DNA of 64,000 nucleotides from the human T2T-CHM13v2.0 reference genome, Homo sapiens: NCBI GenBank assembly GCA_009914755.4, contig CP086569.2, positions 8,736,001 to 8,800,000 of the forward strand, read 5' to 3'. Shown piece by piece: positions 26,621 to 38,599 of this stretch (position 1 is its first letter; each line of letters starts with the position of its first letter). The notes under the pieces were generated by a model. It saw only the letters and a program-made list of their open reading frames with translations, ran no database searches and was not told where the DNA came from. The position numbers and the translations under genes were made by a program.

Positions 26621-28075
26621 AATGTAAATATACATATACATATACATTTAAAAAACAGCTTATATTCTGCTGACAACAAAGTGGCCATTTTACAAAGAGA
26701 AGGCCTGGCCTTCTCAAAGAAGAATAGTTTCAATACTATCTGGCAACTAAGGCTCTTTTGCCCTTCAAGAAAATTTGAATTTTGTAAGCATTGTGGAATT
26801 TACTTTGCCTTTTTATTAGCCATACAAAGCAAATGTACAATACATAATTTTCAAAAGTCAGAGAGAGAAATCTCTGGAGAACCCTCAGATGCTATTTCTA
26901 GTGCCCTATCTGCCTTCTTTATCTGGGGCTGCCAATAGCCATATAGAAACTCCTCTGATTGTGCTACCTTAAGAAACCTCCAACTTTGCTGTTGCCTGTA
27001 TAGCAAATGCCCAATGAACATGGTGGAACTAATTTAAATTTCCTTATCATTGCAGTAACATTAAACCAATAAAGCAGGACTCAGGCAAGTTCTCTGATGA
27101 CCCTGATAGACATACACAGGCTTTTCAAAATTTAAACCAAGTGTTTAATCTAATGTGCAGAAATGTTGTGAGACTTTTAGGCCAAATTTTAACTGCTGCT
27201 GCTGCTGCTGCTGAAAAACAGGCAGCATTGCAGGGAGCAAAGAATTTTGAAGATGAACAACTAGTACCCTATAGTCAGGAAAGAAACACAGTTGAAGGAA
27301 AAAAATTAGTAAAAAAGAGATGAATTACTATTTCCAATACATACAAAAACAGTGCTTTTTGAAAACCCTAATTGATGTCTGAGTGATCCCATGGATAAGT
27401 GGATAAGAAAACACTTTCTTACGTGCATATTAGCAGGCTTCCAAAGAACTAGAACAAAACCTCTTAAATAATCTAAACTACCATTGTTGAATCACAAGCC
27501 AGATAAAAATCTCTTAGGCTCTTTGGAAAGTCTGAGAGAAGCTTTAGTGAAACATACCTCTCTACCTCCTAAATCCATCAACAGACAGATTATGTTAAAA
27601 TACATGTTTATTTCTCAGACAGCCCCTAATATCAGAAGAAAACTACAAAAGCAGGCCATGGGATGACTCAGCACTGTGGACAGCCTCCTGGGGTGGATTT
27701 TTCAGTCTTTTACAAGAAGACCTGGAACAAGGAGTCCCAGAAAATCCAGGGGGGTCATAAGAGAATGAAAGAGGTACTACGGCTACATTACAGGCCTACA
27801 AGTTGCAGAATTACCAAGGTGCACCTGCTAATTTCTACTGGTGTGACAAGCCAGGACACTTTCAAAGGGATTGCACAGGCAGCAAGAAGAATATACTTAA
27901 CTTTGTCCAGCCTGTGGTGGAGACCAGTGAAAGTAAAAATGACCCCAGTGACATTTGTCACCAATCAAATGTGTTTTCCCCTGATTGTTCAGCAGGAATA
28001 ATGGGTCCCAGGCTCTACAGCCATTGTGATACAGAGGATCCAAGTAATTCTGGAGGTAAAGGCTAAATAATTTTC
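26620..28075 (+). pseudogene. ERV1 gag (CA-NC) copy 1, the best-preserved gag in the window
   Basis: The plus-strand translation gives SDDPDRHTQAFQNLNQVFNLMCRNVVRLLGQILTAAAAAAEKQAALQGAKNF, then HKPDKN...ESLREALVKHTSLPPKS...ISQTAPNIRRKLQKQAMG, then QGAPANFYWCDKPGHFQRDCTG. These match the MLV CA major homology region through the IGRKLERLEDL motif and the NC knuckle CAYCKEKGHWAKDC. The reading frames are broken. Confidence 0.8.
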
Positions 28076-28079
28076 ATCT

Positions 28080-28800
28080 AGTTTTAATCTGTTATCAGTA
28101 CCTTAGAGTAATTAAGAAGTATGGCCCTGTTCTCTCATCAACCTTCCAGTATGCTAATTAGATTTTTTTTTTCACTCATCTACAAGATCACCAAGATGTC
28201 AATTGGGTTTTCAAGAAACGCTGTTTCCTTTCTTATTAGAAATAAACATTTTGCTATTTGTTTAACTTTTTTTTCCCCTTTCACCCTCCCTTCTTCTTGA
28301 ATTTTGGCTGGCTGTAAGAAACACACATTTCCTCTATAAAAAATTCTGCTATCTATAAAGCTGCCTGCTTTACTGTAACATTTAGGGATTGCTTTAGGAG
28401 TAATGTAGTATTTTACAAGTAAGATTGAACACTTGGGTTATGCTTTGAAATGCCTCTGTATATGAATCAGGGTCATCAGAGGACTTGCTTGTTTCCTGCT
28501 ATTTGTGTAAGGCCCTGAAATGAGAAGAAAACTTGAACTCTAGTAGCACCACATCTATCGATTATTTCCTGCAGGGGCAGCAGTGAAGTTGGAAGTTTCC
28601 TTGGTGGCACAAGAAGAAAAGCTGATGAAATGGCTGTTGGAGGGCCTGCATAAGGGTGGCAGGTAGGGCATTTAGAAGTCACATTTGAGGGTTCCTGAGG
28701 GGTTTGTCTCTGACTTTAATAAATTATTGTTTTAAACTTGCCTGATGTGACTGCCAAGAGGGCAGTCAATTTTACAATGTTTATGACGATCTGGGTTGTC
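28080..28800 (+). mobile_element. ERV1 internal segment, copy 1 (paralog of 11980-12830, without the NUMT)
   Basis: See 11980-12830 for the shared blocks. The minus ORF 28476-28682 again shows an inverted CA-like stretch (TRVQVFFSFQGLTQ, compare TRFQVLFSLQGLRK at 12336-12560). Confidence 0.55.
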
Positions 28801-29612
28801 TCCAAAATCAAAGTAAGCTTATACATAGAAAATTTCAAAGTGTTTTTTTTCCCATCTCAAGAAAAGATCTAGTTGTTGAACAGTATTAAAATGAACACTT
28901 CCCTCAGGAAGCCAGGCCTGCCTGTCTGGAGCTGGTAAGATAGCCATGCCCTTTTGCCAAAACAAACAAACAAAACCACTTTTTTTCAGAGTCACATGGT
29001 CAAATAAATTCCAGTGTTTCTGAATGCAACCTAGAGAAGTCCAGAATGCAGAAGGTTTGTGACCTTTCAAAATATATAGAAAGAGAAAGAATCCCACAGT
29101 CTCCTTCCTCTTTTTGAAAAACCCTGAGTGAAAAGGAAGATCTAAAGTGTGTTCATTGTTTTTTCATTTTTCTTGTCTTTTATGGATCTGGCAACTATCA
29201 TAGGTGTCCTCCATGGATACAATCATAATCTTCACCCATGGTTCCAGAGGAGCTAGTAAGAAGGAGAAGTAATGTTCACCTGCACAAGGCGTTAGCTCTC
29301 CACTAGTGATCCTTTGTTGGTCTCCTAAGCATACTCAACCCAGAAGATTCCAAAGGTAACTTGGCAACCTAAGAAAGATTATGGGTAGTTTGATTTGAGC
29401 AAGGACCTTTTGCACAGGGAGATGTTCAATACTATTTCTGTCTTTCTTTGCTGTTGCCCTAGTAAAATCTTGAAATTCTAGAAAATGAGATCGATTGACT
29501 TTGAAACATAAAATTCTCTTTTAGTTTAAATGCCACTTGCTGCTGGAAGCAGAATACATACCTCCAAAAATGTAGGGCTTGAATGGCTGGTCTTCTTAAA
29601 ATAGCCCTAAGT

Positions 29613-29912
29613 GGCCAAGTGCGGTGGCTCATGCCTGTAATCCCAGCACTTTGGGAGGCAGAGGTGGGCAGGTCATGAGGTCAGAAGTTCGAGATCAGCC
29701 TGACCAATATGGTGAAACCTCATCTATACAAAAATTACAAAAATTAGCTGGGCATGGTCGTGTGCACCTGTAATCACTGCTACTCAGGAGGCTGAGGCAG
29801 GAGAATCACTTGAACTCAGAAGGTGGAGATTACAATAGCCGAGATTGCATGACTGTGCTATAGCCTAGGCAACAGAATGAGACTCCATCTCAAAACAGAG
29901 AGAGAGAGAAAA
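29613..29912 (+). mobile_element. Alu SINE
   Basis: The sequence ggccaagtgcggtggctcatgcctgtaatcccagcactttgggaggcagaggtgggcaggtcatgaggtcagaagttcgagatcagcctgaccaatatggtgaaacc, with a (GA)n/A tail. Confidence 0.9.
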
Positions 29913-30984
29913 GCCCGGAGCTAGAATATGTCTCTCAAAGGCAACTTTCTGCCAACTATTGAAAGTAGAGATTTTCTGTTTACAGATAGGGCATGGAGTC
30001 TTATTACTGTTAGAGAGACACAGGAGAGAGAGGAGTTGAAAACCTCAGGGTTTTGGGCAAAGTACTGACAAGTCTTCCTACAGAGAAAAATTTCATCACA
30101 CTAGGTGACATGGTAAGATCTAAAATGTTAGATGAAAACTCTGACTCCAAGATTTTTGTAGCCAAAAGTTAGAAAAAGAAGGGGAAAACTCTATAGGTTG
30201 TCCCCACAGTTCGTGTCTCTGGAGAAAAAAAGATTAATGTGTCTCATAAAGAAACTGTTTAGATTTATATGGCAATGCTGAGCTTTTTACAGAGAAATAA
30301 CCAACAAAAACAAAAACTTTCTTCTGAATGTATATCTTTCCATACAGTGCCATGAATATCTGTCACTGGGGGACAAAAAAACACTCACCAAATAAAAATT
30401 TTTAGAGTACAATTTGAGTTCTTTCTGGTTCCAAAAAAATCACAAAATAGCATCTCTTTTCATTACATTTTTAATTACTAACACACCAGCTGACATTACC
30501 CCATAAGATTATATCTCCAGGTTTCAACATTCATACAAACAGGAAATAGAATATATAATAGTCACAAAAAGAAAAAAAATGCAACAGAAATTTCTGGAAT
30601 TTTTGGTGGCAACATAATTATGGGCTGTCAGAAACTGTAGTTAGTCCCGAGGCTTTCGGGTAACACCGTGGTGTAGTCTTAACCAGAAACCTTCAGTTTT
30701 TCAAGATTTTCTTTCAGCCCCACATGATGACTAGGTCCTCCATGAAAGAAAACTGAATTGGAACAGAGGCAACATTTTTGACACCTAAGGGTAAAGGGGG
30801 ATTGCCAGAGTGTTTCCCAGCAGGCCTATCTCCTGAGCCTTGTAAGGATGGTAGCCATTTTACTGGATTTTAACTGACACTGGCCCAGTGTTTTGTGTGC
30901 TCTTGAGAAATTAAAAAAGAAAACCCTGAGGACAACAAGCCTCAGAAATGAATGTAAATAGTTTGGAGGTGCACTCCTAGTCAC

Positions 30985-32900
30985 TTTTTAATTAATCTTT
31001 TTCCAGTTCATGCACCAAAAACGTAGTTGCTGTCCCCCAACACACCACAGCGTATCAGTTTCTCATTCTGAGGTGTCACATATATTTTTTTTAATCTAAA
31101 GGCCAAGAAATTAAAAGCCATGAATGAAAATGATGAGATTGTAGCAAATGTTTAATAAGTTAACTTCTTGTGGAGGAAAGTGAGTTGCCCACGATAAGGA
31201 AGTGTCTGATGTTTTTTATGGAATGGGAAGAAACAGAATGTCCTAACTATTCTTGAAGAAAGCACTGCTGAACTTTTCCAGGGACTTTGACGTGGGACAA
31301 ATTAGGAGCTAAAGTAGTGACTCAGAAGTGATTCAGCTTGGCTCAGGAACTTGGCCCTGGACCATTCAAGAGCTAAAATAATAGCATGGCCTAGGACCAG
31401 CCAAACTCAAACTGCTTCTGAGAAACAGACAGCCCTACATGCAACAAGAGAGATTCAGGGACAACTGCATGTCTTCTACAGCCAGCGTAAAATACAAAAG
31501 GTACTCAAAGGGACCATATTGAATCAGAAACCAGATAAAAATTTTTCAGCCTTTATGAAAAGGCAGAGGGACGTTCATGAAACACACTTTTGTAGCTCCT
31601 GAATCAATTAATACATGGATAATCTTAAAAGGCAAGTTTATTACTCAGGCACCTACTAATATCAGAAGAAAACTTCAGAGGAAGGCTCTGGAATTGTACA
31701 CTACCTTGGGAAACTTCGTGGGCATAACCTTCTCTATCTTTTATGACAGGACTCAGGAACAGCCACAGCAAAAAGAGATGATGCAAAATAAAGACAAAGA
31801 CCAGTGACCCAATTACAGGCCCATAAAATCCAAGATACTTGACATTCACCTGTAAACTCCTCTCAGTGAGGTAAGCCAGGGTACCTTAGGAAGAATGGCT
31901 AAGGCATCAAAATGTAGCTACCTTGACCCTTTCCATCCTGTGTTGGTGACTACTACATGTTGGACTGCCTCCAAGAGTGTTCATCACAGTGTGGGGCCAG
32001 TTTCCCAGATGGTCCAGTAGACTAATGCATCCCAGATCTCAATTCCCACACTTCATTTATTGCCATCTCATTAATGCACCACAATGTAGCAATCTCTCAT
32101 TGTGAGGTGTCAAGCAGAGCTCTTTGTCTCATGGCCAAGAAAATTAAGGAGCATGGATGCAAACAGGTTGAAGCAAAAGTTTTATAAGTGAAAGTAAAAA
32201 GCTCTTTACAGTGGAGGTGGGGTGTAAGTTGTTTGCCTACTATAAGGCTGGGCTTCAGGGTTGATAAAGACAGAAAATGAAAGAAATGTGCTTAGTGGTC
32301 TTGGAGAAACATTACTCAGCTTGGCCCTGCACTTTGGCTGGGGATTCATCAGGAGGTTAAGTAATGATTTATAGATACAACTTAGCTTGGCCTTCATCCT
32401 TTGCCCTGGACCAAGCAGCAGCTAAAGTGAAAGCTTGGTCTGATACCTTGGCCTGGGACCAATAACATGCTGAAGTGTTGTTTCATGACCAAGATAATTA
32501 ATGAAACTACACATAAAGTTCAGATAAGACAGAAGTTTAATAATCAAAAGAAGAAAGCTGTTCACATTAAAGAAGGGACCCATGAGACTTTCCAACTATA
32601 ATGCTGGGTCTGAGGTTTTTGTGAACTGGAAAGAAAGAAATATTCTGAGTTGCATGTGGGCTATCTTGAAGAAAGCAGTAATCAGCTTGGTTCAGGACCT
32701 GACCTGGGACAAATCAGAGGATGAAATAAAAGCTTTGTTTGGGGCATTGCATCAGGAAAACACAGAAGCTGAAGGGATGATTCAGAAACACTTGGCTCAC
32801 AGGTCAAAACATATTCAAAGTAGAAAAGTGTCCCAGCAGAGCCCACTAGAGCCTACTAGGTATCATGCCCACAAAGACAGAATTGTCTATTTTTTTGAAG
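30985..32900 (+). repeat. Direct duplications of an ERV1 gag 5'-segment (three partial copies: about 30985-31850, 32045-32480, 32540-32890)
   Basis: Copy A pre-unit 30985-31140 aligns with 32045-32200. Sub-units 31140-31400, 32200-32480 and 32540-32720 share cagcttggc.c.gga.c and ctgggacaaat.aggag. The CA-like continuation 31400-31700 (QKPDKNFSAFMKRQRDVHETHF...APTNIRRKLQRKALE) aligns with 32715-32890. Confidence 0.6.
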
Positions 32901-33692
32901 CCTGCTGATTATATGAATGACAAAGGTATCTCTACATGTGGCCTTCCTCCCCTATCTGTGCAGCTGTGCATATGTTTTAGGCAAAAACGCAAAGGCATTT
33001 TCATGTTCTTTCCTGTTTTCTGATTATTGCAGCTGTGAACATGTCTTTTGCTACTCTCCTCTTCTAGTTCTCTTACAGTTGCCTGCAACTTAACTTTTCA
33101 GTCTGTTTCTGTGCTTAAAAGAGTTTTACCAAGAACCCTTCCTAGTTTCCTGTTTTTTCTCTCCCACATCATGAAGGTAAATTTAATGTGTTTTGTGCAT
33201 AAAACAAAGCTGTGTGAAGAAATATTCTGTGGAGCTTTCCGCTTGTGTCATGTCATCACTCAAGTTTCACATTGGAGTACATTTAATGTTTTTATGTTAG
33301 CAATGTTCAACCTGCACTTTCTTCTTTTAAAATAAACGACTTTGAAAAAGAGAATAAATTGTTTTAATTCTTAGATCATTTGGTAGAATTTGACAGTGGA
33401 ATTCTACCCAGGACTCTAGTCCTAGGGTTTCTTTTAAGTAGCTGTAAGATTGTGAAATATATTTGGTGTTTGTCTCTGTTTTCTGGCATAGAAATCCTGA
33501 GTTCTTTGGAATCTCCAAAGTGATGTCTTTTTATATGCTAATAACTGACAGCTTCAGGTTGGGGCTTGTTAATAAAAAGACAAGACTTGATAAGTGTGCA
33601 GGGACTCCCAGGATCACCCTGCATTATTTTGGAATAGGAGAGTTGCTGCGGGTACTGGCAGAAGCAGCCTATTTAGAGGGGCTGCAGAAAAG

Positions 33693-34760
33693 ATGCCAGG
33701 TGTAGTGAAGGAGGGGCAGCCAGGGCTCTTCACTCTGTGAAGCTGGTGGGAACCAAGAACAGAGAGAAGCCACACCCACATCCAAGTGGAATTAGCAGAA
33801 ACCTCACCTACTCAGGCACAGTTGCAGCTGCCTAGCCATGCTGCAGACTCAGGCATCCCTGTGCTTTCTGGGGCCTGGAAAGCCATCCTTCCTACAAAGC
33901 CTCTGAAATCCCATTGCCTGGCCTCTCCCAGATCCTAGTGTCCCCTTGAATGTTGAAGAAAATTTTTGGCTGAGCCCAGGTGCTGTCATGATCTGACCAG
34001 GAGTGCTTACACTTGAGGTTGTACTGAAACAAAAACCATATGCCACCTTAGCTTTCTCTAGTCTTTTGGCCTCAGTGAGCATAGGAGACTCAAGGAGTTG
34101 GTTAGGGGCTGAGGGCAGCTTGGTATGGGCCTGGAGGTTTGTCTTTGCAAAAATAGCCTTGGTACCATTAACTGTAGCAGGAGACAGACAGGCATCTAGG
34201 CAGAAAGAAGCAGTTTCTCATTAAAACTCCATCTTCAAGCCATGGATTTTCTGAAGACTGGGGGCTGGGCTGCATGTTCTGGAGATGAGAATGAAAAATT
34301 ATGTCTCTTTCTGGGCCCACCAATAGCACCACTGACCAATCAGCACAGTACTTCTGCCTACTGAAGCCCATATGAACTCCAGAGTTAGGCAGATCATGGA
34401 TAACTTGCTTGCAAGTTGGAGCTAACCATTGTCGGTCTCCTCTCGACTGAGAGTTGTGCAATTACTGGCATTACATGCCTGCAGTTAGATAGGTCTCCTC
34501 TCCGTTAAGGGCTGTAGCAACATCTCAACAACCTTCCTGCAGATAAAAGCTTGCCACTCTGCATCTCATCCTTACTGAGGACTGCAGAGATATCAGCACG
34601 AACTGCCTGCAGATTGGAGCTCCTCACTCTGGTTCTACTTGTCACTGAGGGCTGCACAGATGAAAGTAGGTCCTGCTTGTAAAAAGGAGCTGCCCGCTTT
34701 ACATACCCTGCAAACTGTACTGTCACTCAATAAAGCACATATTTACCTTAATTATTTTTT
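33693..34760 (+). mobile_element. Solitary ERV1 LTR with U3 tandem repeats (HERV9/LTR12-like features; family not assigned)
   Basis: It begins tgtagtgaagg. CCAAT-box repeats (caccaatagcaccactgaccaatcagcac) precede four 60-65-bp tandem units at 34440-34700 (..ctc.actgag.gctg.a...cctgcag.t.gagct). Then follow gtaaaaaggagctgcccgc (TATA-like) and cactcaataaagc (AATAAA) at about 34725. The 3' boundary is uncertain. Confidence 0.5.
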
Positions 34761-36237
34761 AGTTGTTCACATACCTCATTTTTCCTGGACATGAGACAAG
34801 GACTCAGGACTGAATGGCAAAACTGAAAAATTAGTAACACAAACAGGACTGAAACTCACAACCCCCAAGTTGCCACATTGTTGCTTACCACAAAAAAAAA
34901 GGGACAGCAGAGCTTTGGCAAGACAGTGTTGTGACACCCTCTTGGGGGCTGTGCAATTTCTGGCATTTCTAAGCTTCTGGATTCCACTGCATTTCCCAGT
35001 CCCTGAAGAGGAAACAGCTTTTGGTATGCCAAATTCAGCCAAAGACCTTTAGGGAGCTGGCCCCTGTGCCAGCACCTGGAACTGCTCATCCATCATAGCC
35101 AATATGGCTAGCTGTGTGCAGTGGCTGTGCTCAACCATCACTCACTCATTCACCTAACTCTGTCCCTGTGATAAAGGTGACATTGATCACCATCAGCCAG
35201 TGGATTATTCAATCATACCTACATAATGGAGTCTCCATAAAAATCCAAGAGGACAGGATGCCAGAGCTTCTCGATGGCTGAACATGTAGAGCGTCTAAGA
35301 AATAGTGTGCACATAAAAGCAAACACCAGTAATTTAAATGTCAGATATAGTGTAGGTATCTTTTCTTTGCTTTGAAAGAAATTTCTGCCTTTAATAATGT
35401 GTCCAGAATTTTAACTTATTAAATAGAACATACTCAAAGTTAACCCAAAAGCATATATTCTAAACATTAACACTTGGATAATTCTACCTAAATGATTTCA
35501 TGATGCACTAATATTGTACAACAAGTTTTGTTTTAGAGAGATAAAGATTTCTTCAAGTTAACTGGGTAAAAACTAGACATTTATAAAGAAGAAGAAATTC
35601 CATTGAAATCTCAGCATAAATTGCATCCTATTTCAGTTTGGGAGAGAAATCATCAGTGAGTTTTGTGTTGGAAATGTTTATCCTAAAATATTAGGCTTTT
35701 AATTTAGAATTTTGTGTCTCTGTGGTATTTGTTCCACTATAAAGTCAAAAGCACCATCTCAGATGTTTCTGTGTCTCCATTTTGGGGAAAGGGGAAGAGG
35801 CTGCCTCATAACCCATTAAATTCTGCATTCTAGAGTAAAAAATAAAAAAAAATTACAGTTTTTTGTATTTCAAATCTAATAAATCACAATTTTGTTTTTT
35901 TGTAGAGTAGTAGTCATGCATGAAAACTAGAATTTGAAAGAACAGCCAAGTGCTCACCAGTCTGATTTTATATTTGGGCTTATATGTGCATAAAATTATG
36001 ACATTTTGACAAAGAAGCTGCTTCATTATTTATTTTAAAGTTACACTACTTAAAATTTCGTTCATAATATTAAATAAATAGCTTCGACATTTCCAGTTCT
36101 GTTTCCAAGTCTTAGATATTGGGGGAATTGTTTTGGGATATGCAGATGGATTAGGGCATCTTGCAGCTAATGATGTCTTCTTCTCAGCTCAGTTATTGTG
36201 CCCTGAGCAGACAGACTGACAATTAAAACTCATCATT

Positions 36238-37846
36238 TTTTTTTTGCACTTACGCTAACATATATTGTATCCCATGGGCTGAACCCCAGATTTTCTTCAG
36301 CATTTAACATTCTTTCTCAGCCATTTGTTCAAACTCCATCTTAATATTACAGCTAGCAAGGGCCTTACATTCCTCCAGAACAACTGGATTACATGAGGCA
36401 AGCTCATTAATTTGAACCATAATATCTTGGGTGAAAGTTGCTGTTCAAAACACCTGAGAAACCAGGTCTTTGGCACATGCCTCCTGTATTGTCAGCTTTC
36501 ACACAGCACTCAACATTTTATTGGCAGATGCTTCACCCATCATTGGGAAATGTAACACTAGAAAGCCATCTGAACTCTGTCCAAATGTTGTATAAGGGGT
36601 TTGAAACCAAAGCTGTCATTAGCCCAAATCAAGTGACAAAGAGGCAGTATGGATGCACCCAGTCCAATGGCTGGCCCATTGACTGATACAACAGTTGACT
36701 TTTTAAATTGAATGAAATTGTCAAAAACATTCTTGATATTGTCCACCATTTCAATGCTTGTTCTCTTTCTGTCATTTGTTAAATGCTTCACGAAGTACCC
36801 AAAATCAAGACCACAGCAAAAGACACTGCCAACTGTGCTGAACAGCACAAGTTTGCTATCATCTGGAGCAGCCATATTCAGAGCATTCATGATTTCTTTC
36901 ATTACTTCTGCATTCAGTGTGTTTTCTCCTGTCAATCTAGTTGATACCAATATCTAGGTGAATCCATCCTCTTTCCTCACTACAATGTCTCTGTATCTGC
37001 TGGCACTTTCTGTTAGCCTTCTGGTGACATGCATCCTCTACATAAAAGGCTGGTCTCTGTTATTATCATTAACCTTTCTTTGCCCGCCTCTCACTCTTGT
37101 AATAGGTGTATGCATATTTGTTCTTCTGTTGGCTGTTGATGAGTCCATTAATACCAATATACCTTCCTTGTTAGCTGAGCCTGTGACCATGGATGCAGTA
37201 GTAACTGAGCCAGACATCTGAGACAATAGTGCATGTATCAGTGGCCTTTTTTCTATTCCAGCTGGTCCTGCACTGGGATCTGATAAAGCTCTGACAGGCT
37301 TCTCTACTGCCACGTTGAACACCACTGTGTCCTGCTAATCTGGTGCAATAGGGTTTAGTGTCTCAGGTTCCTGAATGTCAGTCACTCTGTTCTTGCTGTT
37401 AAAGGGGCTCTGATGTGCAAGTGTCTTGATAGTTGAATTTACTATCTCCGTATGCTTTGGGTGAAAGAGAGGTGAAGCTGCATTTTTCCTAACATTGTGG
37501 CTGGCAGCAAATCACTGGCTGTTTTAGAACTTGTGGTGTTTGCCAGTTAATAACATATTAGGAGAGTTATTAGAAAAGTTGGTGTTGGTAGATCTGGAAG
37601 TTCTTTTTTTGGGGCATTGTTTGAAAAAGTTCTACTTGTTTTGATCTGTGTCTTTGTTTTCTGCTTTTCAGTCTGTCATCTGTTAAAGACATAGAAACAT
37701 TTTTCACAGTTCACGATGTGCTGCTCTGGTTCCCAAGTGTCATCCTGTTTGTCATAACCTTTCCACTGAACCAAATACTCTGTCTTCTCTTTTTTGTCTT
37801 CTCTTGTGTAAACAAAAGTTTCAACCTCTAACTATTGGGAATCCGT
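36238..37846 (-). pseudogene. CDY-like pseudogene: CDY-family (chromodomain protein Y / CDYL-derived) processed pseudogene with start-codon loss, stops and frameshifts
   Basis: The minus-strand translation is colinear with human CDY1. At about 37700-37800 it reads [36 protein letters not shown], matching the chromodomain ([36 protein letters not shown]). ORF 37038-37325 reads ALLSQMSGSVTTASMVTGSANKEGILVLMDS...TPITRVRGGQRKVNDNNRDQPF. ORF 36558-36950 reads DDSKLVLFSTVGSVFCCGLDFGYFVKHLTNDRKRTSIEMVDNIKNVFDNFIQFKKSTVVSVNGPAIGLGASILPLC, matching the crotonase domain and closer to CDY (DFGYFVKHL) than to CDYL (DFIYFIRRL). Further downstream it reads PYTTFGQS.DG...EACAKDLVSQVF and QDIMVQINELASCNPVVLEECKAL. 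The ATG is mutated to ACG, and there are in-frame stops and at least three frameshifts. A poly(A) remnant (a T run on the plus strand at 36237-36250) lies at the 3' end. Confidence 0.85.
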
Positions 37847-38334
37847 AAAGAAAGAGACCGATTTGGGGTAGTTGCTGTGCCAACTTTATTTCAGTAGGGT
37901 CTTCCCATAGTTACATTTTTCTGCCTCCAGTTCTTTACCAGGTACTAAGTATGGATGAGTCTCTTCCACTTCATTGCCACTGGTGTAGTAAAAGTTGTGT
38001 GAAGGAGCAGCTATGGTATGTGCCTTAGGCTCTCCACACTTACTCCCTGGTGAGAGAGCTTGGGCTTGGTCTCAGGGTGCCAAGATAGCTTGCTTCTCAC
38101 ATAAGAGAAGCTAAATCCACCGCTCCTACTCTGGTGTAGTGCAGAAAGCTTTCTACCTGCCTGTTACTCTTTCCTTTACAGTTGCTCTGACCATTATATC
38201 AAACATTCTAAAGTTATAACATTGTTAAAGTTACGCTAATATACATTCAATAACATAAAAATCCCTACTCCTGTATAGACTGGCCTCCATTACTTTACTT
38301 ACTGAGTTCTCAAAATTATACCTTTATGCACTGT

Positions 38335-38560
38335 ATGTCAAAAACACAAGTTAGTGAATATATATATAAAATATATATAGTATTATATTATCTATATTTA
38401 TATATATACACACACATGTATGTTTGTGTGTGTTTTAAATTATGTGGAGAATCACTTGTGAAGGTGCACATTGTTAATTTTTATATATATATTTTGTTAA
38501 TTGCTTATGTATTTATCTTTACCTTAATATTTATTTATTCATACTCCTGCCTAGTGTTCA
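38335..38560. repeat. AT-rich (TA)n/(CA)n/(TATTTA)n low-complexity region
   Basis: The sequence tatatatataaaatatatatagtattatattatctatatttatatatatacacacacatgtatgtttgtgtgtg, followed by ttatatatatattttgttaattgcttatgtatttatc. Confidence 0.85.
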
Positions 38561-38599
38561 TTTTGCCATGAAGTACCCCATAAAGCATTTCTTCAAGGG

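Noticed and set aside
33693-35300. Assignment of this LTR specifically to LTR12 (HERV9)
   Set aside because: It lacks the LTR12 R/U5 sequence that is clearly present at 57440-57941. It shares only general architecture (CCAAT repeats, U3 tandem units, ..aaaag.agctgcccg..). It is left as an unclassified ERV1 LTR.
36558-36950. 130-aa ORF with a convincing crotonase-domain match, considered as a possible functional CDY-like gene
   Set aside because: It is only one fragment of a 1.6-kb colinear CDY match whose other parts are in different frames. The initiator is ACG, and there are in-frame stops in the chromodomain region. It is a pseudogene.
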